Positions 1 through 13,039 of a DNA stretch of 64,000 nt are shown one piece after another. The notes under the pieces were generated by a model. That model saw nothing but the letters and a program-made list of their open reading frames with translations. It searched no databases and was not told the DNA's origin. The DNA is from Octopus vulgaris (Eukaryota), in NCBI GenBank assembly GCA_951406725.2, contig OX597821.1, forward strand, positions 55,242,001 through 55,306,000, written 5' to 3'. Every line of letters begins with the position of its first letter. Within the stretch, counting starts at the first letter, position 1. The position numbers and the translations under genes were made by a program.

Positions 1-508
1 TCATCCACTTTGAGTTGCTACCAACTAATGCAACAACCAATGTTCAAATCTATTGTCAACTATTAGAGCGTTTGAACGCTGCTTTGAAGAAAAATGGCCT
101 GCTTTTGTGAATCAAAATGGAGTGGTGTTTCATCAGGACAATGCAAGACTCCACACTGCAAATATATCGTTACAGAATATAGAGAAACTTGGCAGGGAGA
201 AAATTGCTCACTCAACCTTATTCCCCAGACCTTATTCCTTCAGATTAGAGGTTTTAATCTTGCGTAGTTTACAGAATCATTTCGATGGATTAACTCTCGA
301 AACAACTGATGATGTAAAAACCGACCTCTCAGAGTTCTCTTCGATGCCGAAAGAGTTTTTCAACAAGGGACTGAAAAGCTTATGAGGTGATGGAAAGATT
401 TTATAGGTAATCATGGAAACTATATTTATAATTAAGTTTCATTAAATGTAAGACTTGATTACTTGCCTTCCTTATTTAAAATCTGGACATTACTGATTGA
501 ATGACCTG
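1..508 (+). mobile_element. Mariner (DD34D-type) transposon, degenerate 3' part truncated by the window edge
   Basis: Translation shows HFELL, VVFHQDNARLHTA and a frameshifted HPPYSPD-like motif followed by LRSLQNHF. A probable 3' TIR ends near 508. Confidence 0.8.
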
Positions 509-744
509 TTTTCTATGGAATAAGTTTTATTTTTTATTGTCCCCTTCAACTATCTATTGCACTCCTGATTACTACCTATATATAACCGCTTCCATATAAA
601 TATTGCGTTCTTGGTTTCCCTCTCTAAAACCTCTAACAGGAAATGTTTTACATGTCTCTCCTATATGCAGAATTTTGTAATTCCTATTAATAAATGAAAC
701 ATGGGTCATAGTGAATAAATAATATCAGAAAGGACATAATGAAA

Positions 745-1291
745 ATTAATATGCACAAGTCAAATTTTGCAACACCTCTACATCACATATGAAAAAAATG
801 ACATCGCTTAAATAGCAGCCATTTTCGGCTTCACACGCCCGTGCTCTTCCCAAAACTTGCACCATAACACCCTCAAGAGCTTCAGACACCACATCTTTGA
901 TTTCTCTATTGATGTTCTTTTTCGGTTGCACCAGAGTCTCTGGTTTCTTGGCGTAAACCCTCTATTTCAGGTTTCCATGACTGAAACCTTTTTGCCCCCG
1001 ACCATTCAAAGTAGACTTCACACATAGTTCCAGCAAGATGGGGCAACTACTGACACCACAAGGAAAACAATGCAGTTACTACGGCAGTGCTTTGGAGAGA
1101 GTATAATCTCCAGCTACAGCAATATCAAGTGGCCTTCACGTTCCCCAAACTTGACTAGCCCGGATTGTTTCGAATGAATATTGATTCCCAGTATATCCTT
1201 TATATCGTATCGAAATTCCATGTATTTAGTTGTAAGGTTAAGGAAGTTATTAAAAACTGAAACTCATCGGCGACTTTTGGGACACACCCTG
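745..1291 (-). mobile_element. Tc1/mariner-superfamily DD41D (rosa/VS-like) remnant with an internally inverted segment
   Basis: TIR-like end cagggtgtgtcccaaaagt (minus) next to TA at 1291. Plus 977-1170 reads FQQDGAT...WPSRSPNLTSPDCF with 41 aa between the Asp residues. Minus 978-746 continues W..LK*RVYAKKPETL...CEAENG. Confidence 0.75.
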
Positions 1292-1340
<49 letters not shown>

Positions 1341-1344
1341 TATG

Positions 1345-1376
<32 letters not shown>

Positions 1377-2849
1377 CATGCACGCATGCACCCACGAACG
1401 CACACACAGACACACACGCATACATGGATAATGGACTAAACCAGAATTGATATAACATTCTTCAGGCCTGCAATGGCACAATGGCACCTTGCATCCACTT
1501 TTCATTCATGAAAAGAATATGGTGAATGATTTGTACAATGGGTGGAACAAACTTAGCAAGATTTGTAGAACCTAATTTTGTTGGCCATCTAGATGATATG
1601 TTAACTCTATGAAATTTCAAATCGATTCTTGACTTATCTATTAACTGCTCTAAGCCATATTTTTATTGAGTAGTGTTTCCGTTAGTGCTGACGTTTATGT
1701 ATCCATATACGTATGCATATTACAAAGGAATATACATAAAAGAAATAGCGGGTTTCATGTTGCAAATGGATTATAAATCCAAACAGCAGCTGAAGAATGG
1801 ACTACAGTTGGGTTGTATGAATTGAATAGACAGCCTAAATACGCGTTTGTGCATGCATGTATAAGTGCATAGATGTGCACGTTTGGAAACATGGATTAAG
1901 TTATACAAAGAGATGAGTTTAGAGGTATTTTATGTAAATTTCACCTTATATGTGTTTATCTCTGCCTTACATTTACATTTCAAAAATTTACAAAACAATT
2001 TGTGGTACATTGAAAATACAAAAATACTAAAAAACATGTGCTTTTGTTCTCACTAATATAATTCTAACACTTGTGAATTTCTCATTTGAATGGAATGTTT
2101 TAGATAAGACAACATGGGAATGGTATATTCCAGCGTTGAAATTTATGAATAATGGTAACTAATTACGTACTTTTGATTGGAATTACGTCGATGAAAGATA
2201 ATCGATTGAACAATTCTTTAACGAATTCAGTAGAGATAAAGTCCATCTGCAATGGTTTCAAGTCACAATTGAATGACTCGTTGACTGTTATCCAATACAA
2301 GAGCTGTCTGTTCTTCGACAAAATGTTTCTGCATTGTATTATTTAACATGAGGAGACTGATGCAGAAAACGTCATTGTATGACAATGATCGATAGCGCAG
2401 TTGTCTAATACCAATACAAAGCTTTAACGAATTGACGTGGGAAGCAAAATCCACCAGCTATATTAAATCAATCATAAACTTAATACACGGCTATGGTATT
2501 GACTGGATATACTCATTCCCTATAGTCTTGCAAATTAGAATTGATATTAATTTTGCCCACCTGAAATCGAGCCTTTATGGTTTAATAAATAACAATGTTT
2601 TATATTGCGAAAAACTGGTGATTTCGTAGTTGTCATTTATAAAAATATTAGATTAATCAGACCAAACTTAAATTAAATGACACTTGGCTGTATCAAACCC
2701 TTTCCATAACATCTCTTTATTTTCAGTTTTTTGTCATTCCCATTGATACTTTGATTTAAGCATTATTCATCATGTTCCACTTCTCAAAACATTGTTGGCC
2801 ACATGAAATGTGTGAGTGTTTAATGAAGGAAAAAAGATTAAATTTACTA

Positions 2850-2930
2850 TGCGAGCCATAGGCTCATAAGGCCGGTTTCCCGGACAATGTGGTGTATATG
2901 TTCCCCTCCCACTGGACGGGATACCAACAT
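2850..2930 (-). mobile_element. SINE fragment (Meta-domain-like), related to 48064-48312
   Basis: Reverse complement shares cccgtccagt..gggaacatatac..gaaaccggcc with the 48064 copy. Confidence 0.5.
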
Positions 2931-3314
2931 GATGAAAATACGCTTTTCTCATTTTACAACACTACTTGTTTTCCTTGAAAATGTTGTAAACACGGAAAAA
3001 ATATATCGAAAACTTTTCCATAAAGTCCACTGTTTACATCTTATGTAAAGATATGATTTTCTATTTCCGAATAACAGAAAGCATTTCATTTGGTGATCAG
3101 ATTTTCACCCACAAATTTGTAATGCCGTGTTCTTCGTCGATTCCTGAATCCATAGATAACATAAATACGGCATCCAAAATTAACAAACCACTTATGTACA
3201 AACTTGCAAACAAAAATCTATCATATCTCTCCAAAAACATGCGAATCAAATATATGTATTGCATACTTTAATGAATATATGCATGTGTGTGATTATATAC
3301 TTATAAATACACAC

Positions 3315-3454
<140 letters not shown>

Positions 3455-3501
3455 ACAGGTATATAAATATTTGTATGTACGTATATATATATATATATAT
3501 A

Positions 3502-3750
3502 TGACTGGCACTGCGTTGCTTACGACGACGAGGGTTCCAGCTGATAAGATCAACGGAACAGCCAGCTCGTAAAATTAACGTGCACGTGGCTGAAAATTCT
3601 ATACGCACGTGGACGCTTAACGAAATTCTCAGGGAGATTCAGCGTGGCACAGTATGTGACGAGACCGGATCTTTGAAATACAGGTACTACCAAGTTTTGA
3701 CAGCTGAGTGGACTGGTGCAACGTGAAATAATACCCTACCAAGCAAGGTA
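3502..3750. mobile_element. Composite SINE/repeat remnant following (TA)n
   Basis: GC-richer block after a microsatellite. 3700-3745 (minus) matches the tttcacgttgctccagtccactca core of the 48064 and 54333 SINEs. Confidence 0.45.
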
Positions 3751-4704
3751 TCATATAAATGTACATATGCATATAAATAAACGCATACATATATACATAT
3801 ATATACACATATACATGCAAATACATACACAAAAGCGCACCCACACATTCTTGCATTCGTTTCCAGCCATGTGACTGCGGTCAAGCTGGAGAACCGCTAC
3901 GATTTTGCACTTTTACGTATAATTCTTCAAACCTGGTAATGATAGATAAATGTTTCTGACAATGTGATGAATTTTGAAATTGATTTGAATTCTGCCTGTT
4001 ATATTTTAATTGACTTTTTGATGTGTTCCTAGTTTGACATTTGTACCACTTGAACTTCAAACTCAATATCTATTTGATTTATTCATTGTACAGTCATTCT
4101 AACCTCCACGTCTCTCCTGTGCTCATAACTGCAATTGTTCATTCTAGATACAATTCTTTCAGCCTTAGCTATCAGCATCAATTGCTATATCTGGTTACTT
4201 TTCCTGCTGCTTCCAAAGATTTTCACTCGTCCCTCCTTCCTTTTCCCTCCAGTATTTATTTAACACGCATTTTGTGCTACTTTATGATATTCATTTACCT
4301 TTGTATTGATTTCAATCAGAATTTATATAGTTTCTTTCACTCAGTATTTTAAAAATGTCTCTTCGTATTTGCTGTAATTTCTAGGCGTCCTTCCACAACT
4401 ATAGACTACATTATCCAGTTATTAAGTTTCGATGACCTTCCAACACTTGTGTTTCCTCCGTTATTTCTATTTTCATCCAACAGATACCCATTATTGTAAG
4501 TAGTAAAAATGCTCTGGTCGAACCAGCTTTAATTGTTTATTCGATCTGTTACTAAAAATTAATTACTACGCTCCTTGTAAACATTTGTAATTTGTTATAA
4601 ACTACAGCATTATTCTAAATACTCCCGATTGTCTAATGACCCGTTACGTAAAACTCTGAGAAAGAACTTGGGAAATCTTTTTAGCTTCAAAATTATGATA
4701 TGAG

Positions 4705-4830
4705 TGCAGTGGAACATCGTGAAAGGAATTGTTTTGTTTAAGGACACAGCACATCGCCTGGTTCCGGAATCACAACAACAATCTTACTATCAGGTATGCT
4801 GCACCGTAACCACTAAGCCATGCGCCTTCA
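4705..4830 (-). mobile_element. tRNA-derived SINE 5' fragment
   Basis: Minus strand begins gaaggcgcatggcttagtggtta (A box), followed by a degenerate B box and the core shared with other SINEs in the window. Confidence 0.6.
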
Positions 4831-5308
4831 CTAGTTCTTACTTTATTCTTACGCGAGGATAACGTCTGCAATTACTAAACATCTTGATATTTTCCACGCT
4901 ATTATAATGGGAACCTACACTTCACTGGTCTCTATACATGCAGTTGTTGAGAAAAATATACTCTATTATCGCTACAGAGTTAAAATTTAATATGATGTTT
5001 CGGACTGAATAAAAAAAACTTCTTAGAATTTTTTTTTTTTGTAAATACTGAAATTATTTTGCAAAATACGATCAATTTACAGTTATCTTTTAGTTATTTA
5101 ACTTCATATATATATAATGTCTTCAAGTAATCTACTCCTTCACCACCAAAATTGTGTTACCTTGCTGAATGTTTGTGCTCTTAATAATATGAAATGAATC
5201 AAGTGGCAGCGCGCTAAGCCGTGTAGGTTAACAGCAATTCACAAAGTGAGTAGAGACACTCTGTCGGCAAAAATATACTCCGGCTTTTTTATACTTTTAG
5301 AAAAGTAA

Positions 5309-5331
5309 CCACCACCACCACCACCACAACC

Positions 5332-5365
<34 letters not shown>

Positions 5366-5370
5366 GCAAC

Positions 5371-5414
<44 letters not shown>

Positions 5415-6760
5415 GAGCCAATCCCCTAATACCACCCTAAATTTTAACTACTCCATAAATAGGACAGCATCATCCCTTTCCGCAACTATCCCACGTAAGA
5501 ATGATAGCTGCAACTACCAGTCTGGGACCGAATGCCCTCCACAAGCCCATAGCAGAAAGTTTAACGTGGGATATAAATGCATTGTCCACAACACATTACA
5601 CAATTCTACTAGCTATTACATCGGATCTACTATTAATTTTAAACAGAGATATTCTTCACATCTAAACTCATTTACATATGAGAAGCATAGCAACTCCACG
5701 TCCCTAGCCAACCACGTACATCATCTGATACATAAGAAAATACAATATCGGATAACCTGGGCCATAATAGGAGTCCCATACAAAGGCCAGCGTTCAACGT
5801 GTAGACTCTGCCTGAAAGAAGCTCTCTAAATATGAATTCACAGTTCCCTACAATTACTCAAGAAACAACACGAAGCATTCTCTACATATAAAGAAAAATT
5901 CTATCACACCTTTAGATTCTTCTATAGGTCCAAATGAAAGCAAAATCAACGCACATAGAACTTGTTCATATGCATCCGCTGTCGTTACGATATACACACA
6001 TTTTTTTTCTTTTCTTAAGCTAGGCATCTATTTTTAGCTATCCCTACTGACCACTGAACTAAATTTTCTTTTCTTTCTGACCTCATCGAACCTAGAATTA
6101 ATGTATATAATTAATAGACATAAATACCTTCTTCTCCACTTTACCAAAGCCTAAATGTCTGACCTCTCACCTCGAACCAAACTTTACGAAGAATAATACT
6201 AGCATCTTATCTTAATCTTTATTTTTGGTTTCTGATTTTGTTTTTTTAATAATTTTTATTTTACTTTCGCTCTCATTGATTCTTTCCCTCACCTATCCCA
6301 TTCCTTTCTTTTCTCTGTTTCTTCTCTCACTTCTATCTATTCACTCACAACCCATATCTGTTTATCATGATATCTGTCTTTTTCACACTATATACCTACG
6401 TGGGCCATTTTCATACTAGCTTACCACTTAATCTTTTCCTTCAACACGAACGCATCATTCAAAATACTGCCAGAATACTGCCTGGATTTATCCAAGATTA
6501 TACCTTAGGGACTGCATCTTCACGGAAGTAAGGACCAATCTCCATACTAACTGGAAAAAAGATGAACAATGAACTTTATTCTACTGTTTTACTCTTTATT
6601 CTACCATCTACTGTTCTATTCCTTATTAACTCTTAATTTCTCTGTATACCCAGTGTGCGGACATGCTAGCCTATCACTTGGGATATCTCAGAAACAACTG
6701 TAAGACTACAAATTCCCCTTACCCTAATTAAATATCCTAAATGACGTAAGATATTCTTTT
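5309..6760 (+). mobile_element. Penelope-like element (Nematis-type), 5'-truncated: GIY-YIG endonuclease pseudogene plus 3' pLTR
   Basis: Frame 1 reads CN..CP linker, GYKC...YYIGST..FKQRYSSH..SF...STSLANHV...ITWAI...CRLCLKE then a stop. The 3' region carries the HHR 3' half GAAACAACTGTAAGA at 6691-6705. Confidence 0.85.
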
Positions 6761-6892
6761 TTGTTTTTTGTTGTGCTTTTGGTTTTTATTCAACCCACTT
6801 TATATACTTTTCCGTCACGGTCATTTGTTTACATCCAATTCCTGCTATTTTGAAAATTGCCAAACAGTCTTAAATATATGCGCGCACACATA

Positions 6893-6935
<43 letters not shown>

Positions 6936-7063
6936 ACACACACACACACATAAACACATACATGCATATGCAAACAAGCGTATTTATATATATATACACA
7001 AACACATATATATGTATATATATAACACGCACACATCCACATATATAAATATATGTACTCTCT

Positions 7064-7100
<37 letters not shown>

Positions 7101-7660
7101 GACAGAGAGACAGAGAGAGAGAGAGGCATACACGCATTTATACAAACGTGCATTTTCATATACACGCATGAGCAAATTTTTACACAAAAAAGTAAAACAA
7201 AAAGTAAAACAAAAAAAAAAGCAAAAACAGAGACTGCTTGTCTGGCTGAGGTTAATTTTAAAGGTTTATAACTAATATGAATACATTTGATTATTAGCAA
7301 TTCATTGTTTGTGATAATCAAACTCACTAAGTATAAGAGAATTTCAATACCTAAGCTAGAACACAAACCACAACTACTCTACCACACTCATAACAACAAG
7401 CAGTTCGAATGATAGACCATGAAATCGAACATTTAATGCTATTATTTCTCAAGTCATATAATTAGCTTATCCAGAAGTGTGCTATGTAATTTCTTCTTGT
7501 ATTTAAATTCAAGTAGTTTTTCGATATCAATCAAAATTCAGTAGCTGTGACACGAATATAGCAATATGATTTATTCGGTGTGTGGACAGAGCATTTGTAC
7601 ACTAGACTTTGACGGCGACGCTGGTAATGTCGGAGGCAATTCGATTTATTCTTGCTGAAA

Positions 7661-7765
<105 letters not shown>

Positions 7766-7774
7766 TATTTTATT

Positions 7775-7979
7775 AAGGCGGCGAGCTGGCAGAATCCTTA
7801 GTGCGCTGGATGAAATGCTTAGCAGTATTTCGCCCGTTGCGACGCTCTGAGTGCAAGTTACGCCGGGGTCAACTTTACGTTTCATCCTTTCGGGGTCGAT
7901 AAATTAAGTACTGGGGTCGATGTAATTTACTCAACTCCTCCCTCAAAATTGCTGCCCTTGTGTAAAAATTTGTAAACTC

Positions 7980-7980
<1 letters not shown>
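7775..7980 (+). mobile_element. tRNA-derived SINE with Deu/Nin-like central domain, flanked by (TTA)n
   Basis: ggcggcgagctggcagaatc head plus tttcatcctttcggggtcgataaattaagtac domain. More than 10 homologous copies occur in the window. Confidence 0.8.
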
Positions 7981-8011
<31 letters not shown>

Positions 8012-8025
8012 GCATTATTATTATT

Positions 8026-8579
8026 GAGTGAGAGAGCAGTCCATGCCATCAAAGTGACACTGGGGTAAAACATACGAAGCCCAATATACCCATCATGACT
8101 ACCCGTCTGATAAGGGTACACCAGGCACATGCATCACAACCATATGCATGCGACATTGTGATCTCATATCGAGATAAACAGCGCATAACCTTCCAGGTGG
8201 GGCCCAGATAGAATTTTTTTCTGGTCGAGTAGCCCATCCCGCTCAAAAGGTCCCTGAATAAGAATTGTTTAAGGATGTTGAACGAACCAACCATATTTCC
8301 AAAGGTGAATTATCCAAACCTCTAAGAATTCCTTTCAACACACGGCGATGATGCTCCCCCACTACTTCTACTCGTGATCAGAGATGCACATATCGCCAGC
8401 CACTAAGGGATATTGTCAACTGGTTAAGGTCAAACAACTGAGAAGCAAATCTGTGGTATTGAGCAGAATATTTGCTGTAGCCCATCTTTTATACCAAGAC
8501 AAAGCAATGTACATGATAACACTTCCAATCAGTTAAGATCAGGATCCATGAGAGCTACTGTCTGGTATTGCTTCAGGGA

Positions 8580-8580
<1 letters not shown>
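8026..8580 (-). mobile_element. ~555 bp non-coding interspersed repeat embedded in (TTA)n
   Basis: Flanked on both sides by (TTA)n. An internally deleted homologue lies in the opposite orientation at 59640-59940. Strand is tentative. Confidence 0.7.
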
Positions 8581-8648
<68 letters not shown>

Positions 8649-8667
8649 GTTGTTATTATTATTATTA

Positions 8668-8744
<77 letters not shown>

Positions 8745-8780
8745 GTTGTTGTTGTTGTTGTTGTTATTGTTATTATTATT
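8581..8780. repeat. (TTA)n/(TTG)n microsatellite
   Basis: Directly visible, ~200 bp. Confidence 0.98.
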
Positions 8781-9260
8781 CAGTGGTCTTATTGGTATTA
8801 TGTGCTTTCACTGCACTACCGAGTGTGCATTGGGTATGTATTGTCGTTTGTTGTGGAGCTGTTATTTCACTGTATTCTCCTTCGTGTAGGATGTGTGCGG
8901 TGCCTAGTACTGATATTTTCTGTATGTTATGTATACTTGTAAATCCTGGTGTTGTAGTTATGTATTTGTCTGTATGATTTTTTGTCATACCTAATGGGCC
9001 TACTATTATAGGAATTGTTTCGGTTTTTATATTCCTCATTCGAATTACCTCTATTTCCAGATCTTTGTATTTTGGATGTTTCTCACTTTCTTTTAGAGAA
9101 ACGTTGTCATTTGTTGCTATTCATACATCGATTAGAAGGTACTTTTTTTCGTGTTCATCTCTGACAACTATATTCGGTTTATTAGTCTTGGCTTCTCTTT
9201 CTGTGTGTATAGGCATATCTCAGAGTATGTCTGCTTTCTAATTTTCTGGCGTGGTCATGA
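8781..9260 (-). mobile_element. R4/Dong-like non-LTR retrotransposon 3' remnant (restriction-like endonuclease)
   Basis: Minus strand: NKPNIVVRD...LLIDV...KYKDLEIEV.RM..IKTETIPIIVGPLG...IQKISVLGTAHIL, running into an (AAT)n tract. Confidence 0.8.
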
Positions 9261-9329
9261 AGCCTTTTTCAGTTCTGTCCAGCATTTCATGAGGGAATTT
9301 TTTGAACCAGAAACCTATTGCTTCTAGTC

Positions 9330-10200
9330 CGTATTGACGCAGGATTCGTCGTATAGAAGGTTTTTTTTACATGAAATTATTCAATAATGTTATCTCTATC
9401 GATTATTTTAGGGAAGTGGTTTAAGAGATCCAGGTTCTCCCTTACAAGAGTTGGCATGTATTTTAAATTAGGTTTCACTAGTATATCTACAAAATTGCTG
9501 AGTCTGTGTTCCATAGTTCAGAGCTGCTACAGTTGTCCTTAATTTAAAATCGGCGGAATGCTGCAATAGAGCTTGTTCCTTTTGGAATTGGGGGCGATCG
9601 TAGAAGTGGCTAGTTTTGCATTCATAATGAGTTAAGCAGTTCTTTGTTAAACATATTTGGTATCAGTGAATGAGTTTGTTCAATTTTGTCTGTCTTTGAT
9701 TGCTGGTGATAGTTTACTTTTTCGTGATAGGTCGTATCTTGTAGGAGAGATAATATAGCCCTTTTGCAGTGTTCAACATCCATAATAATCATAGCACTAA
9801 CTAATATGCTTCTTTAATTATAATGTCACTAGTGTCCATGAGTTCATACATGATTTCGCATTCTTGCCATTGGTACTGGGTTTAAGCCTAGAATGTGGCA
9901 ATTATTTGTATGAGAATGTGTTAATATAATCACAAAATTTATCTAATAATTTATTCCTACATTTGTGTCTCTTACAGTTGATTCCTTGCTTTCTTTATCA
10001 AATAATTCCTATGTTGGGCGCAATATTCTACATAAATGTGAAATATTGGCCCCTATTTCATTGCAGTAGTTCGGAGCAACTGAATTTTAGTCAGTCAGTT
10101 GATGGGCTCCACTACCTCAAATGTTCTTAAAATTTAGATCCACATCTTTGTCTATATATCTACCTTCTCTATAATGTTACCACTTGATATGAAAATTATG
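9330..10200 (-). mobile_element. Penelope-like element (Neptune-like) RT N-terminal remnant
   Basis: Minus strand: IIIKEA..SAMIIMD (degenerate DKG motif) and DFKLRTTVAA...RLSNFVDILVKP...LDLLNHFP. Multiple stops and frameshifts. Confidence 0.75.
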
Positions 10201-10223
10201 CATTAATGGAAAACCTCTATCAA

Positions 10224-10307
10224 TGGCTGATGAGTGCTCAGCATTTTAAAACTGTTGTCATACTTACATTATTTAATAAAATGATGTAGTGCGAAACGAT
10301 CGTACCA
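10224..10307 (+). ncRNA. Type I hammerhead ribozyme, canonical core, long stem II
   Basis: tgg-CTGATGA-gtgct...agtgc-GAAA-CGATCG-TA-cca. Stem I is tgg/cca, stem III is palindromic, and the cleavage triplet is GUA. Confidence 0.8.
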
Positions 10308-10436
10308 AATTACCGGAGTTATTCTTGTTGCTTATTTTGATTATATGTATATGTATATATATACATGTGGTATATACACATACACACACACACACACATA
10401 TATATATAAATATATATATATATATATGTATGTGTG

Positions 10437-10473
<37 letters not shown>

Positions 10474-10484
10474 GTATGTGTGTA

Positions 10485-10523
<39 letters not shown>

Positions 10524-11169
10524 TTACCTATTAACCTATATACTAGCATCTTTTCTAATTCATTATATACATATATATATATAAATATATATATCAGTTC
10601 GTATCTAAATATCTGAATATACGTAAAATAATTGTATTTCCTTCAGTTATGCCAATGCAAATTCCATTTTCCGATCAACTGAGCTGCTCACCCATTCAGT
10701 TCTTCTCTAAGCCGCTGAATATTTCACAGTCACTGAATTATGTTTATACTATATCTTGCAGGCTTCCACATAGACTCTCTTCAAAGAAATTAACTGACAA
10801 TGTCAAGTTCGCCTGCCATCAATGGCAAAAGACATTCATGGCACCATAGTGAGGGCTCTATAATGGTGAAGTAGACATGTTAACCACTCAACCGTTCTTT
10901 CGGATCTTTCTGCCTACAAAATCCACTTACATGCTTTGGTTGACACAATGCTTTAATAGAATATATCGCACAAGGTACCACGCAGTGGGACTGAATCCAG
11001 AAAAATGTAGTTTATGTGCAAAAGCTTTAGTAGTCAACCACCTTACGTCTATCGTGGAGATTTACGAATATAATTTCTTATCTATACGGAAAGTTAAAAC
11101 ATGCAAAATTGCATGAATATTTAACACTGGAAATACAAAAATAGGCACCCACAGAGACACACAACCGAT

Positions 11170-11232
<63 letters not shown>

Positions 11233-11473
11233 GATAGATAGATAAATATATATAGGTATAGAAAGATAGACAGACAAACAGACAGATAGATACATACATA
11301 CATACATACATACATACATAGAAGGAGTGAAAGAGAGAGGGATGGATATATAGATATCATGCATCAATATATATTTATAGATATTACATAGATAGATAAG
11401 ATAGATAGATAGATAGAAAGATAGACAGACAACAGGTAGATAGATAGATAGATAGATAGATAGAAAGATAGAC

Positions 11474-11527
<54 letters not shown>

Positions 11528-11546
11528 GTAGGTAGATAGATAGATA
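11170..11546. repeat. (GATA)n compound microsatellite
   Basis: Directly visible. Confidence 0.97.
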
Positions 11547-12204
11547 ACGCTAATATTCACCCATCCAGTGTAATAGATTTCTTAAATAAAATCAATACAA
11601 AACTATTGAAGTAATGTTTTTAATATTTTATTGAGTTCCCGTCGAAGTTCTTTTACTTTTTCCCTCGTTTTTCCTCATTTCCAGTTTTCCGTTATAATAG
11701 CCATTCTCCTTAATGACAACATGACAGCTTTTCAGAGTCATCAAGCAGAAATATATATATATATATATATTTGAGTGTGTGTGTGAGAGAGAGAGAGAGT
11801 GAGAGAAAGCGTATGTGTGTGTGTATATATGTATGTATGTATGTATGTATATGGAACCTTAGGCTCAATACAAGACAACACCAATAGAAAATGTCTACAG
11901 TGGCAGCATTCATTATTGAAGGCAATAGATATTTACATTTGAAAATTGAAGCCGAGCTGATTATGAAAGGAAGTGAAATTTGATACGATGGAATTATTTC
12001 TCTACCTTGGAAAATTGACAAACAGGAACAGAATACCGAATTAAACGATGATAAAACGGAAAACCATTATGCAGCCCAATACATACATAAGACATATGTA
12101 TGTATAAATATATATATAGACAGATATGCATATCTATGTATATATGTATCTTTCTCTCTCTCTCACTCTCTCTGTATGTATATATATATCGGACACCTAC
12201 GCTG

Positions 12205-12273
<69 letters not shown>

Positions 12274-12775
12274 CTATTATATATATATATATATATATAT
12301 ATAATAATATATATATATATATATATGCATGTATTTATGTATTATGTATGTATGTATACTTCTGGGAACATGCATCATCTTTAGGCTTTTCATTTCCCAT
12401 GAAGAGATTACGTCATGCATTTACTTTTATTAATCTAGAATAAGAAGATATAGACAGCACAAATAGCTACGCTAGTAACAGATTAGGAAGCCTCAACAAT
12501 TAGTTGTAACTTAGTACCCCCAAATATACCATTCACAAAATACCCAGTTTAAAATTTCTGAACAGAAATCTAAAAACATCAGCTTCGGTTCAACACCAGC
12601 CCGACCTTTAAAGTTTTGACTGATTGATTCATCAACAAAACTTCTTCCGTGAAACCTAAAATACAAGTGAACTCAACATTTTATAAAATAATATCGTGAC
12701 CTGAATTCGACACATTTGTTTACATCTTTAGTTTTATGCTTGTATAATACTTAGAGGATAACATGATTCAACATC

Positions 12776-12811
<36 letters not shown>

Positions 12812-12813
<2 letters not shown>

Positions 12814-13000
12814 TTCAAATTTACATAAAAACAAAAAACGAAGATAGGTGTAGGAACAACGCTCGGGAAAAATGGAAAAGTCTTTTACGTTTCGAACCTA
12901 AGCTCTTCGACAGTAAGGAATAAGAGGCAGAAATGGAGAGGGGACGAAAAAATAGAGAGAAAAAAACAGTGATGAGTTCAGCGGTCCAATATGGTGGGAT
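12812..13000 (-). mobile_element. Short HHR-bearing non-autonomous unit, family A, copy 1 (HHR 12883-12916)
   Basis: Minus: CTGTCGA-A-GAGC-ttag-GTTC-GAAA-CG-TA-aaa. Flanked by (TG)n and homologous to the copies at 19845 and 48361. Confidence 0.75.
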
Positions 13001-13039
13001 GTGTGTGTGCGTGTGTGTGCGTGCGCGCGCGTGTTATAT

